A stretch of 22,594 nucleotides of DNA from Candidatus Micrarchaeota archaeon. Lineage in GTDB: Archaea > Micrarchaeota > Micrarchaeia > Norongarragalinales > UBA8480. The notes beneath the pieces are model-generated. The model searched no databases and was not told where the DNA came from. It was given only the letters and a program-made list of their open reading frames with translations. Below, one piece after another: positions 6,886 to 15,914 of this stretch; the stretch's first letter is position 1, and the number at the start of each line of letters is the position of its first letter. Location: positions 1-22,594 of the forward strand of contig JAZDHP010000040.1 in NCBI GenBank assembly GCA_043805855.1, read 5' to 3'. A program made the translations under genes and the position numbers.

Positions 6886-8325
6886 TTACCTTCTCTTCCA
6901 GTGCGGTTTACGCTTGTCAAACTGTTTTTGCTTGTCGAATTTGTCAAAGTGTGGTTTGTCCTTGCGGAGTGCAATTGGATAAACTACTGTTTCTTCGCCG
7001 AAAGTATAAATTTCAAATTCAGTTTGGTTTGTGTGGAAGTCGCGCACTTCAATAACTGGACGAGCTAAATCACGTTCAGTCATTCCGCTTGGTGTCTTTA
7101 CGGTGAATTTCAATTGAAATGTTTTCGTAATTTGTCCTTTGCTTACAAATACAATTGTGTCGATTATCTGCGGAATCATTCCAAGTTCAACTTTGCCGAT
7201 GAAACGCTGCACTGCGTCGATTGGTTTTGAAGCGTGGACAACACCGATCATTCCAATTCCAGCTAGTCTCAAATCCGCAAATGTAAGGAAGTCTGCAGGT
7301 TTACGCACTTCGTCGTAAACAGTGTAGTCTGGCCTTACGAGTAAGAGTACGTCGGTTAGTATTGACGGGTCTTTGCCAATTGCGTATTGCGTGATGTCTT
7401 TTCCAACTTGTAAATCTCGCGGGCTTTCAATTGTTTTTACAATTTTTTTACGCGACGCGTAGTATTCTGCAAGTGCACTTGCAAGTGTTGACTTTCCACT
7501 GCCTGGCGAACCTGCGATTAACACACCTTCTGCGCGAGTTGTAAGTAACTCGAAAAGTTTACCGTCCATTTTGTAATCTTGAAGTGATAGTTTTACTATT
7601 GGCCTAACTGCGGTTAACTCAGCAGTATCTGAAAGTGGCGGGCGCGTGTAAGTTACCCGGTATTCGTTTGCCTGTATTACGGTTAAACCTTCTTCGTCGA
7701 TTTCAATGAATGAGTTTGGCGTGCGGCGGGAAAATTCAACGCATTCTTGCATGATTTTTTCCAATTCCTTTCGCGTTACTGGCGTTGTTCTCGTTTCAAC
7801 TAGGTTGAAATCGCCTGGCAGCCCTTGCTTTGCGCGGGGCGTTATTCCTTCTTTCAAGTGTAATGACATTGTGTTTGGCGTGAAGTACTTTGCCAGCGAG
7901 AATTCCAACTTTGTAACAATTGGCTCTAGGTATAAGACGTTTATTCCCTGTGCGCTTGCAACTTCTGATTGCACTTTGTCAGTTGTGATAAGTTGGCCCT
8001 TGTTCTTGAGCGCTAGTTCGCGGATTTTTGAATCGATTTCGCCGAACTTTGCGCGTTCAATTTCTGTAGATGAAGGTCGCTCGCCGGTAAATTCCAAGGT
8101 TATTATTCCTTGGCTGGCAAGTGAAACTAACTGCTTTAATTCACTTAAGCCAGAGAAGCCAATTTCTTTTCCAGTGTTTGCTTGATACTCGAGTTCTGCA
8201 ACGACGCTGTTGTGCACCAGCACGTGCGGGTGTTTGGACTCGAGGTTTACAAGTTTTTGTGTAATCCTTCCATCGATTAAAGCGCCGGTGTCAGGTACAA
8301 TTACAATTTTTTCAAATGTAGACAT
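6886..8325 (-). CDS. PINA-type PIN-domain/PilT-like ATPase (short form)
   Basis: N-terminal PIN (IVPDTGALIDG, ELEYQAN), Walker A GSPGSGKST, KTIESPRDLQV, LLVRPDYTVYDEVR, GVVHA, DAVQRFIGKVELG. Confidence 0.92.
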   Translation of the reverse strand: MSTFEKIVIVPDTGALIDGRITQKLVNLESKHPHVLVHNSVVAELEYQANTGKEIGFSGLSELKQLVSLASQGIITLEFTGERPSSTEIERAKFGEIDSKIRELALKNKGQLITTDKVQSEVASAQGINVLYLEPIVTKLEFSLAKYFTPNTMSLHLKEGITPRAKQGLPGDFNLVETRTTPVTRKELEKIMQECVEFSRRTPNSFIEIDEEGLTVIQANEYRVTYTRPPLSDTAELTAVRPIVKLSLQDYKMDGKLFELLTTRAEGVLIAGSPGSGKSTLASALAEYYASRKKIVKTIESPRDLQVGKDITQYAIGKDPSILTDVLLLVRPDYTVYDEVRKPADFLTFADLRLAGIGMIGVVHASKPIDAVQRFIGKVELGMIPQIIDTIVFVSKGQITKTFQLKFTVKTPSGMTERDLARPVIEVRDFHTNQTEFEIYTFGEETVVYPIALRKDKPHFDKFDKQKQFDKRKPHWKRR

Positions 8326-8729
8326 AACTAATTTTTAATTCCTCTATTTTTATTTTATATTTTTTTATTCTCTTATGCTTACTATTTTTTAATTAACTAT
8401 TAACGTTTACTAAATTCTTGTTTTATCTCTTAAGCCAGTTAAGGCTTTCCAACTATTTAAAGTTGGCTTGAGAAATGGCAATCGTGTAATTTTCGTATGT
8501 TAAGCGATTAGCCATAAAATAAGAAGTATTAGAATTATTCGTAGTCTCTTAGTAAGTATAAGTAAATTAATAGAAAACTCCCGAGCTATAAATGTTTGGT
8601 TTAGCGCAAGTTTGGGTTTTTTAACTTAAGTTTAGTTATAGTTAATTGTTATGAACTGCTATTTTCCAAGGAAGAAATTGAAAAGCACTGGTTGCAAGTA
8701 ATTGCGTTGAAGTGAAGGTTGATAATTAA

Positions 8730-9956
8730 ATGGTTGGAAAGTTAACTAAGGCAAGTTTGACAAAGAAACACGGTGCAGTTATACGGGGTTTATTGGAAGG
8801 GCTTAACCAAGCTCAAATTGCTGAAAGAGAAGGCGTTTCAAATAATACTATTTCTCAACGTTTTGTGAAATTGAAGCCGTTTCTAAGTGAACGTACTTTA
8901 ACGCGGATTAATAGAGTGCGGGCATTAAGTCCTGAAGTTATGCAGATTGTTGCGTTGAAAATTAGCGGGAAGTCCGCGAGACAAATTGCAGAACAATTAG
9001 GTATGAAAAGAGATAATGTGCAATCTAGAATTAATCGCGCTAAAAAATTCCTCGATACAGCTACATTGAGGCGACTTAATCCGCGTTTAACAAAGAAGCA
9101 CGGCGATATTATTCGGCTACGTTTAGCTGGTAAAAACTATAAGGAAATTTCGAATGAACTTGGTTATAATTCAGGTAATGCGGTATATGCTACTTTAAAG
9201 ACTGTGTTAAAATATTTGCACCCGCGGACAATTGCGCGGCTGGCTATTGGTATACGTACTACGCCAAGTAGACTTGCGACGCGGCAGAAAATAGTTGACG
9301 TGTTTTTTGCTCAGCTTAAGGGGTTTAAAACAGGTCATGGAGCCGTTACTGCTACTGGTAAATTTTTTGGGGTTGACAGAACCGCGGTTAAACATAGCTT
9401 AAAATTAGCTGGGGTAAACGTAGCTGGCGAGCTTCAGCGTAAACGCTTAGCGTTAGATATTCAAGTTAGCGAAACAATGCATTTGCCAGTTTCTCAAGTT
9501 GCAAAACAATTAGAAATTCGTAGCGATCTGGTCAGTAGGTATCGCACTAGGGTTAGGCGAGGCGAACACCTTCGCGGTGCGTTGGAATTAGTTGAACATC
9601 CAGACGCGCAGCAATGGTGGAATATTACACCGCCGGGAGTTTCCGATGCTGAAGTTGGGCCTGGGAGGGTTAACTTAACGATACGCAATGAAACCGTGCA
9701 GAAAGATTTGCAACTATTCAGCGATTTAGCGAAACAAGCTCGCAGTGAAGCGCGGAAATGGCATCCTGATAATCGAGAAACTCGCGATCACCCAAAGAGA
9801 GTTGAATTTTACAGTCGTGCGCTTGCCTCTGCTAGAAAAGCTAGAGCTGCACGCAGTCGCTATGCGGCGAAAGAAGTTGCGTTTAGAGAAAAGTACAAAT
9901 TACCGGTGCCAAGTTTTCTTAAGCTTCCCGAGCAATCTGAGCGGTTTGAAAAGTGA
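8730..9956 (+). CDS. Basic orphan protein with tandem sigma70-region-4/LuxR-like HTH repeats
   Basis: Three ~55-aa units (GLNQAQIAEREGVS; GKSARQIAEQLGMK; GKNYKEISNELGY); LTKKHG repeated 110 aa apart; further HTH-like segments (VSQVAKQLEI). Confidence 0.75.
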   Translation: MVGKLTKASLTKKHGAVIRGLLEGLNQAQIAEREGVSNNTISQRFVKLKPFLSERTLTRINRVRALSPEVMQIVALKISGKSARQIAEQLGMKRDNVQSRINRAKKFLDTATLRRLNPRLTKKHGDIIRLRLAGKNYKEISNELGYNSGNAVYATLKTVLKYLHPRTIARLAIGIRTTPSRLATRQKIVDVFFAQLKGFKTGHGAVTATGKFFGVDRTAVKHSLKLAGVNVAGELQRKRLALDIQVSETMHLPVSQVAKQLEIRSDLVSRYRTRVRRGEHLRGALELVEHPDAQQWWNITPPGVSDAEVGPGRVNLTIRNETVQKDLQLFSDLAKQARSEARKWHPDNRETRDHPKRVEFYSRALASARKARAARSRYAAKEVAFREKYKLPVPSFLKLPEQSERFEK

Positions 9957-10018
9957 GGGTTTTTATTCGTTGTTTCTGTAGTTAGTGTAAGAGTTTAGTG
10001 TTTTTGGGTATATTGTTT

Positions 10019-10711
10019 ATGGAGCAGTTAAAGGTTAAAATTGCAGGTGAAATTGCACTGTCTGACAATCCAGGCGCAGCGATGAAAAAGTGGCGCGAGG
10101 TTTTCGGGGTATCTCAAACTGACTTAGCGCAGCACTTGAAAATTACTCCTTCAACAATTAGCGACTACGAAGGGAACCGCCGTAAGAGTCCAGGCATTCA
10201 CGTTGTGAAGCGTTTCATCGACGCGCTGTTTACAATCGACGCAGTTAATGGCGGTAAAATAGTTGCGCAGTTCAAGCAAGCTGAGAATAATGGTGATGAA
10301 TATTTTCAAGTGTTTAACTTCCCGCGAGAAGTTAGCGGAAAAGAGCTTGCCAAGGTGCTAGACGCGAAGATAGTTGCAGGCGAGCAGAAGTTGCAACAAG
10401 CGAAGGGAGTATTTGGCTGTACTATTCTCGATAGCTTGAAAGTTATTCTTGAACTTCCGTATGAAAACTTCGTGAAAGTGTATAGCAACACGTCGCAACG
10501 CGCGTTGCTATTCACGAGAGTTGAAACTGGCAGGAGTCCATTAGTTGCTGTGCGGGTAACGCCGATTAAACCAGCGCTTATTATTCTTCACGGCGTTGTT
10601 GAAGTGGATAAGCTGGCTGTTAAAATTGCCGAAGCTGAGAAAATCCCGCTGTTAGTTACAAACATGGACTTGGAAGAAGTTAAGAAAAAGCTAGCTGAGT
10701 TAAGTGCGTGA
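10019..10711 (+). CDS. Archaeal XRE-HTH transcriptional regulator (COG1709-like)
   Basis: KIAGEIALSDNPGAAMKKWREVFGVSQTDLA..LKITPSTISDYEGNRRKSPG; RALLFTRVETGRSPLVAVRV. Confidence 0.9.
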   Translation: MEQLKVKIAGEIALSDNPGAAMKKWREVFGVSQTDLAQHLKITPSTISDYEGNRRKSPGIHVVKRFIDALFTIDAVNGGKIVAQFKQAENNGDEYFQVFNFPREVSGKELAKVLDAKIVAGEQKLQQAKGVFGCTILDSLKVILELPYENFVKVYSNTSQRALLFTRVETGRSPLVAVRVTPIKPALIILHGVVEVDKLAVKIAEAEKIPLLVTNMDLEEVKKKLAELSA

Positions 10712-10721
10712 TTAAAAACAA

Positions 10722-11375
10722 ATGGCTAATGACCAAATTGAGCCGGTAAAGCTAATTGGAGTGGCTCACGGTAACGGATATTGGACTGAATTAGCGCCTA
10801 AAATGGAAAATTTAACTCGAACATCTAGACGTTTAGGTGTTGAAATGTCACCTGCATTTTTAAATTACTTGCAGGGAGAAATAAAGAGAGAACAATTAAT
10901 TAAGGCTAGAACTAGATTAAGAAGAAAAACTGGAAAATTCTTTGAAGTGCCGAAACACCAGTTTCCACCGCATGAAGTGCCATGGCACATGGTAGATTTT
11001 TGGAAAGAGGTACTTCGTTTTGCAGAAGCTAAAAAGTTAGTTGTAGTGCCTTTAGTTTCAAATCGTATGTATGACGTGGTTGCTCAAACAGCGCGCAGAA
11101 CTTTAACCGGTTATGAAGTTCCGGATCGCGTTAAAATTTCCATGCAAGAAAGAAATATTGCGCGTAATATAAGATTAAAACGTGCAGATACGGTTATGGC
11201 TGGGGATGATCATATTTTTGGGCTTGAATCAGAATTAGCTCGGTTTAAGCGCACGTCAAATGTAATTCATCGTGAAAGTGAATTTGATTCTTCTGAAGTA
11301 AAAGAAGCTAGAGTTGTAGAAGCTAAGCGGTTAGAAGAACGCCGAAAACGAAATATTGCGCGTAAATTATTGTAA
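10722..11375 (+). CDS. Basic orphan protein, possibly TraB/GumN/ChaN (EreA-like) fold
   Basis: Motif order LIGVAH...LGVE...ERNIA...VMAGDDHIFGL parallels TraB-like LIG..H / vE / R..MA / VG..H..GI; the assignment is tentative. Confidence 0.55.
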   Translation: MANDQIEPVKLIGVAHGNGYWTELAPKMENLTRTSRRLGVEMSPAFLNYLQGEIKREQLIKARTRLRRKTGKFFEVPKHQFPPHEVPWHMVDFWKEVLRFAEAKKLVVVPLVSNRMYDVVAQTARRTLTGYEVPDRVKISMQERNIARNIRLKRADTVMAGDDHIFGLESELARFKRTSNVIHRESEFDSSEVKEARVVEAKRLEERRKRNIARKLL

Positions 11376-11421
11376 TTCAAATAATATTGAAAAGCCGGTA
11401 AGCTAGCTGAGCGCGTTTGGC

Positions 11422-11817
11422 TTAATAATTTTCTACTTTTAAACCAGGTACTCTTGAAAAGTGTTTTACGTTTTGCGTAACTATTGTATCCTGGCCATTA
11501 GCTAAAGCAATGGCTGCGATTAAAATGTCGCTGGTTGCAACCATTTGCCCGTTTTTGTTAAGTTCAGCAGCAAGCTTAGCTGCTAGGTGAGCGCTCTTAT
11601 CATCGAGCTCAAGCACTTTAATTGAACTAAGCAAGTCGTTTAAAATCGCTAAAGCTCTACTTGACTCAAACTGATTTTTTGAATAAACTCCAATTAACAC
11701 TTCAAAAACATTTAAACGAGTAGTGTAGCTTGGAACTGGCAGTACCTTACTTTTATTAGCTGCTTTTTGATTGCCTCGAAGTAAGTGAATTATAAAAGTC
11801 GTGTCAAGTATTACCAT
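11422..11817 (-). CDS. vapC: VapC PIN-domain toxin
   Basis: MVILDTTFII, NVFEV, SDILIAAIAL, IVTQNVKHFSRVPGLKVENY. Confidence 0.93.
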   Translation of the reverse strand: MVILDTTFIIHLLRGNQKAANKSKVLPVPSYTTRLNVFEVLIGVYSKNQFESSRALAILNDLLSSIKVLELDDKSAHLAAKLAAELNKNGQMVATSDILIAAIALANGQDTIVTQNVKHFSRVPGLKVENY

Positions 11818-12041
11818 TTTTGCGCTGGCCTCCAGTTTTTCCTGGCTTTTTTCGCTTCACATTCAATATTATCCAAAGCGTCTTTAGATAAGAACTTCCA
11901 AGCGCCGGCAAAATCCGCTAAATCTTTTCGCTCATTAGTGTGGAGAAAACGGTTAATTACCATTGTGAAACTTTCCCCGGCTTTTTTCAGCATACTTAAT
12001 TCTTTGTAAACATTATCGGACACCATAATTGCGCGTGCCAT
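11811..12041 (-). CDS. vapB: VapB-family antitoxin (DUF217-like)
   Basis: MARAIMVSDNVYKELSMLKKAGESFTMVINR..LADFAGAW; overlaps the vapC start; AGGTGA SD at 12053-12048. Confidence 0.88.
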   Translation of the reverse strand: MARAIMVSDNVYKELSMLKKAGESFTMVINRFLHTNERKDLADFAGAWKFLSKDALDNIECEAKKARKNWRPAQKW

Positions 12042-12054
12042 TCAAAATCACCTA

Positions 12055-12090
12055 AGTATATATACTATGTATGTATTTAATAAGTTTTTT
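12055..12090 (-). promoter_or_regulatory. vapBC promoter (BRE/TATA) with palindromic operator
   Basis: Minus strand AAAAAACTTATTAAATAC, then the perfect 12-bp palindrome AGTATATATACT at 12055-12066. Confidence 0.6.
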
Positions 12091-12784
12091 GATTAGAGAA
12101 AAATTGCAATCGCACGCAGAACGTGTGTCGATATAGGTCTTTGCCGTTTTTTCTTCCAATTAGCTTGCGCGTGTGTTTCACAGTATCGCCTATTGCGTGT
12201 GCGGCTTGCATTGATGGAGTTATTCCAGAAACGTAGACGTCTAACCCGCCGGCAGTTTCTTCAGTTTTGCGCACGTAGCCGCCGCGGTAACGTATTAACT
12301 TGTCAAGTTTCTTTGCTTTAGAGTTAAGTGTTTCAATTGGAATAGGTTGTTCAGTTCCACTGCGTAGTTGGATTATTGTATCGTAGTAGCCGCCTTGTTC
12401 ACGGCTGCAGTTAATGCACTGTGTTTGGTCGAACTTTACAACTGTGAATAGCTGTCGGGTTATTTTTTTCCCATTTATTTCAAATTCAACTTCTAGATTT
12501 GCGTTAAACGCGTTGCGTTGCCCGCTACGTAGCTGGACGTCTTTTATTTTAAAAGGTGAGTTGGACTTGAGGTTGCGGGTTACAATTTCGCTGATTGATT
12601 TTTTATTCTCTTCTTCCCAGGCGTTGGCGTTTTTTATCATTCCACAAACCGCGCATCGGGTTATTTCAATTCTTGTTGGGAGCTTCGCTATGGTAAAGTG
12701 CGCGGTGAAACAAGCGCGGCAAAAGTTATTAATAAACTCCGAGTTTTCCTCGGGTTTCCCGCAAGATGGGCATTTGTGTTTCAT
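12077..12784 (-). CDS. nmd3: NMD3-family ribosome biogenesis protein
   Basis: Four CxxC pairs (CPSC, CRAC, CAVC, CINC), GGYYDTIIQLR, GLDVYV, RKLIGRKNGKDLYRHTFCVRL. Confidence 0.88.
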   Translation of the reverse strand: MKHKCPSCGKPEENSEFINNFCRACFTAHFTIAKLPTRIEITRCAVCGMIKNANAWEEENKKSISEIVTRNLKSNSPFKIKDVQLRSGQRNAFNANLEVEFEINGKKITRQLFTVVKFDQTQCINCSREQGGYYDTIIQLRSGTEQPIPIETLNSKAKKLDKLIRYRGGYVRKTEETAGGLDVYVSGITPSMQAAHAIGDTVKHTRKLIGRKNGKDLYRHTFCVRLQFFSNQKTY

Positions 12785-12885
12785 GTAATTATTTGACCGC
12801 TATTGCTATTTAACTTACCTCTCTTTTTTTGTTTTTATGCCTCAACAGACGTGCTTTAATTTAAAAGCGGTGTATTACTTGTGTT

Positions 12886-14718
12886 ATGTCTAGCGAGATT
12901 GATGTTGACCAGAAAGCTGTTGACTTGACGCAGTTTTTTTTCAAGACGCCTAGCTATCGCAAGAGTACGGCGTTGTTGTTAATTGCCTCGTTTATTTTTG
13001 GAGTAATTGGCAGGTTAAATTTAACAAAGCCGGAGAGTTTACTTGAAACTTTTCTCTATGGCGGTACTGATGGTATTCTTATCCTTGCGTTGCCGGCAAT
13101 TGTTGCTGCTTTGCTTGCTACGTTTTTCGTTTCTCGCAAGCAGTTCAAAAACGGGTTCAAGTACTTTTCACTAATTGCGCTTGTTTCTGCAGTACTTTAC
13201 GGGTTAGTGTTGCTGTTTGGTTTACTCGTTGGACAAAAATTGTTCGCTGGTTTAGAAGAGAGTTCATTTGTAATTATTGGCAACGCGCTTGTGCTAGTAT
13301 TGTGGTTTGCATCAACCTGGATTGCACTAGCATATAGAAAAAAAGCGTTGTTTTTGTGCACCTTGCAACCATTAACGAGCCTCGCGTTTATCGTTTTGTG
13401 GAACAAATTTTCAATCATTGAATCGAGCGTTGCGTTTAGCCACTCGCCTTTAGTTGCAGTGTTTAAACTCGCAGTTGCGTCTATAATTCTTTTAATCGCA
13501 GTTGGGGCGCTTGGGTTTATTATAAACGCGCCGACTAAGCGTAATTTCGGAATTTCAACTATTGACACTATTACTATGTTTTTCGCACAGTGGGTTAGCG
13601 GTAGTAAAGATTTAGAGCACGTGTTGGCTGAAAATGGAGAGTTCATTACAACTGAAGTTGGCGTAATCCAGTTTAAGCAAGGTTCAAAAACAAAAGGCGT
13701 TTTTGTTGTTCCGCAACTACACTATGGCCCAATTGGCAATCTTGGCGGTAGTGAATTTCCAGGTTTAATTTCTTCTTATTTAAACAAACAAGTTAATGCG
13801 CCGGTGTTTGTCTTCAAAGGCGCAGCTAACCATGACTTTAACCCAGTTTACTCAAGCGACGTTTCTATAGTTAACGCAGCGTGTATTGATGCAATGCATG
13901 AAAGTAACAAACGTGCGGTTAGTGCAATTTCTTTTCTCAACGGAAGAAGCGGCTACTCGCAGGTATTTGGGCTTGATGTTGACGGCACAGCGTTTCTAAC
14001 TTTGTCGCGCCAGCCGCAGAACTGCGAGGATATTGACCAAGCGCTTGGGAGAGCGTTGCATAACAAGATTCTTTCAATGGGCTTTAACGAAGCTATTTTA
14101 GTTGACCGGCACCACTGCAAGAGAGACGGCGTTTTGTTCGGCGCAGGTTCAAAAGAGTATCTAGATTATGAAAATGCAATTGAAAACATCGAACGCTATG
14201 GTGGTAAACTATGGTTCGGCGCAGCTACGTCGCGCAGAGAGTTTACAGTTGAACAAGGTATTGGCAAAGGCGGGTTAAAAGTTTCAGTTATGCAAGTTGG
14301 CAAAAAGAAAAGTTGCTTTATTGTTGTAGATGCGAATAACTGTTTACCTGAATTCCGCAATGCGGTTGTAAATTACATTGGCGATAAATATAGTTTTGAT
14401 TTTGTTGACTTAATGACAACTGACTCGCACGCGGTTAATAGCATTAATGGTATTCACAACCCGCTTGGAGCTAGAGTAAATAGGCAAGAGTTCATCTCTG
14501 CGGTTGACGAAACGGTCAGCGAGGCAATTATGGAAATGGCGCCGTGCACTGCTTCTGCGTACGTTAAACGTTTTGACATTGAAGTGCTTGGCCCACAGCG
14601 TTCAAGTGAATTAGTTATAACTGTAAATTCAATCTTCGCAGTGCTAAAAATCCTCGCGCCGGTTGTTTTCCTTAGTTCAATTGTACTAGCATTCCTGGCA
14701 TTAGTGGCGGTGAAATGA
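12886..14718 (+). CDS. DUF2070 (COG3356) membrane protein
   Basis: 610 aa; about 6 N-terminal TMs, then PQLHYGPIGNLGGSEFP, HDFNPV, DANN, MTTDSH, and a C-terminal TM. Confidence 0.85.
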   Translation: MSSEIDVDQKAVDLTQFFFKTPSYRKSTALLLIASFIFGVIGRLNLTKPESLLETFLYGGTDGILILALPAIVAALLATFFVSRKQFKNGFKYFSLIALVSAVLYGLVLLFGLLVGQKLFAGLEESSFVIIGNALVLVLWFASTWIALAYRKKALFLCTLQPLTSLAFIVLWNKFSIIESSVAFSHSPLVAVFKLAVASIILLIAVGALGFIINAPTKRNFGISTIDTITMFFAQWVSGSKDLEHVLAENGEFITTEVGVIQFKQGSKTKGVFVVPQLHYGPIGNLGGSEFPGLISSYLNKQVNAPVFVFKGAANHDFNPVYSSDVSIVNAACIDAMHESNKRAVSAISFLNGRSGYSQVFGLDVDGTAFLTLSRQPQNCEDIDQALGRALHNKILSMGFNEAILVDRHHCKRDGVLFGAGSKEYLDYENAIENIERYGGKLWFGAATSRREFTVEQGIGKGGLKVSVMQVGKKKSCFIVVDANNCLPEFRNAVVNYIGDKYSFDFVDLMTTDSHAVNSINGIHNPLGARVNRQEFISAVDETVSEAIMEMAPCTASAYVKRFDIEVLGPQRSSELVITVNSIFAVLKILAPVVFLSSIVLAFLALVAVK

Positions 14719-15878
14719 AAAAAATGCGAATTGGTTTCTATACTGACACGTATCTTCCTAATGTCGACGGCGTAGTTTCGCAGGTACTTGCAAGTAAAAA
14801 GGAGCTTGAACGCCGTAAACATTACGTTCACGTTTTCACTCCCGGTACATTGAGCGAAAAGCGCGCGAACCGCGATAAAACAGTTAGTTACTACACTGGC
14901 GTTAAGTTTCCACTTTACTCGCAGTATAAGCTAGCGTTGTTTCCATTTGCCTCTGTTTTTGAATGCAAAAAACGTAATATTGAACTAATTCACTGCCACG
15001 CGTTGGCAACAATGGGCGTTGCAAGTATAGCAACTGCCAAAGCATTGCGTTTACCGTTGGTTGGAACTTTTCACACGATGGTTCCACTTGCAATGCACTA
15101 CGTTACAAGTAACCTGCGTTACCAAGATTTACTTTCAAGCGCAGCGTGGAAAGTAATTGAAGCTTTTTACACTCCGTTTGACATTGTAACTGCGCCGTCG
15201 CACGTAATTGCTGCTTTATTGGAACAGCATGGCGTTGAAAATGTAAAAGTTGTTTCAAATGGCATTGACACTCAATTGTTTAACTCGCGAGTAGCGGGCA
15301 GTCAGACAAAGCGTAAACTAGGAATAAAAAGTGACGAAAAAGTTTTTGTATTCGTAGGCAGAATGACACGGGAAAAACAAGTTGACGTTTTGCTACGCGC
15401 ATTTGCTAAATTGAAAAATGAAAATAAAGGCGACGATGCAAAGTTATTAATTATTGGCGATGGCCCTGCATTTAGCGAAGTAAAAACACTTAGCCGCAAA
15501 CTAGGTTTGAAAAACGTAGTTTTTACTGGCAATGTAAAACACGATGAACTGTCTAATTACTTAGCTGCGTGCGATTGGCAGGTTAGCGCCTCTAATTTTG
15601 AAACGCAAGGCATTGGAATATTAGAGGGAATGGCGTGCGGTAAACCCTGCGTCGGTGCAAATGCACTTGCAATTCCGGAAACCGTAAAAGAAAATTACAA
15701 TGGTTTATTGTTTAAGTCGCTTGATGTTGATGATTGTGCCGCGAAGCTTGAAACTGCTTTGGAAATGAGTGGAAAGAAATATTCTAGCTTATGCAAAGGC
15801 GCCACGCTTACTGGCAAAAAGCACTCAGTTGAAATAACAGTTAACGCGTGGGAAGAGATTTACAATTCAGTTTTATAA
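14715..15878 (+). CDS. GT4 glycosyltransferase (diacylglycerol glucosyltransferase-like subgroup)
   Basis: MRIGFYTDTYLPNVDGV, VGTFHT, SNGID, FVGRMTREK, ETQGIGILEGMACGKP. Confidence 0.92.
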   Translation: MKKMRIGFYTDTYLPNVDGVVSQVLASKKELERRKHYVHVFTPGTLSEKRANRDKTVSYYTGVKFPLYSQYKLALFPFASVFECKKRNIELIHCHALATMGVASIATAKALRLPLVGTFHTMVPLAMHYVTSNLRYQDLLSSAAWKVIEAFYTPFDIVTAPSHVIAALLEQHGVENVKVVSNGIDTQLFNSRVAGSQTKRKLGIKSDEKVFVFVGRMTREKQVDVLLRAFAKLKNENKGDDAKLLIIGDGPAFSEVKTLSRKLGLKNVVFTGNVKHDELSNYLAACDWQVSASNFETQGIGILEGMACGKPCVGANALAIPETVKENYNGLLFKSLDVDDCAAKLETALEMSGKKYSSLCKGATLTGKKHSVEITVNAWEEIYNSVL

Positions 15879-15914
15879 ATATTTTTTCAAGCAATATTAC
15901 TTTTTTTTGTTGCT

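Noticed and set aside
11422..12087. TTAATAA(T/G)TTT 10/11 direct repeat flanking vapBC
   Set aside because: Almost pure A/T and explained by two genes both ending Tyr-TAA plus a TATA box; too weak to count as a cassette boundary.
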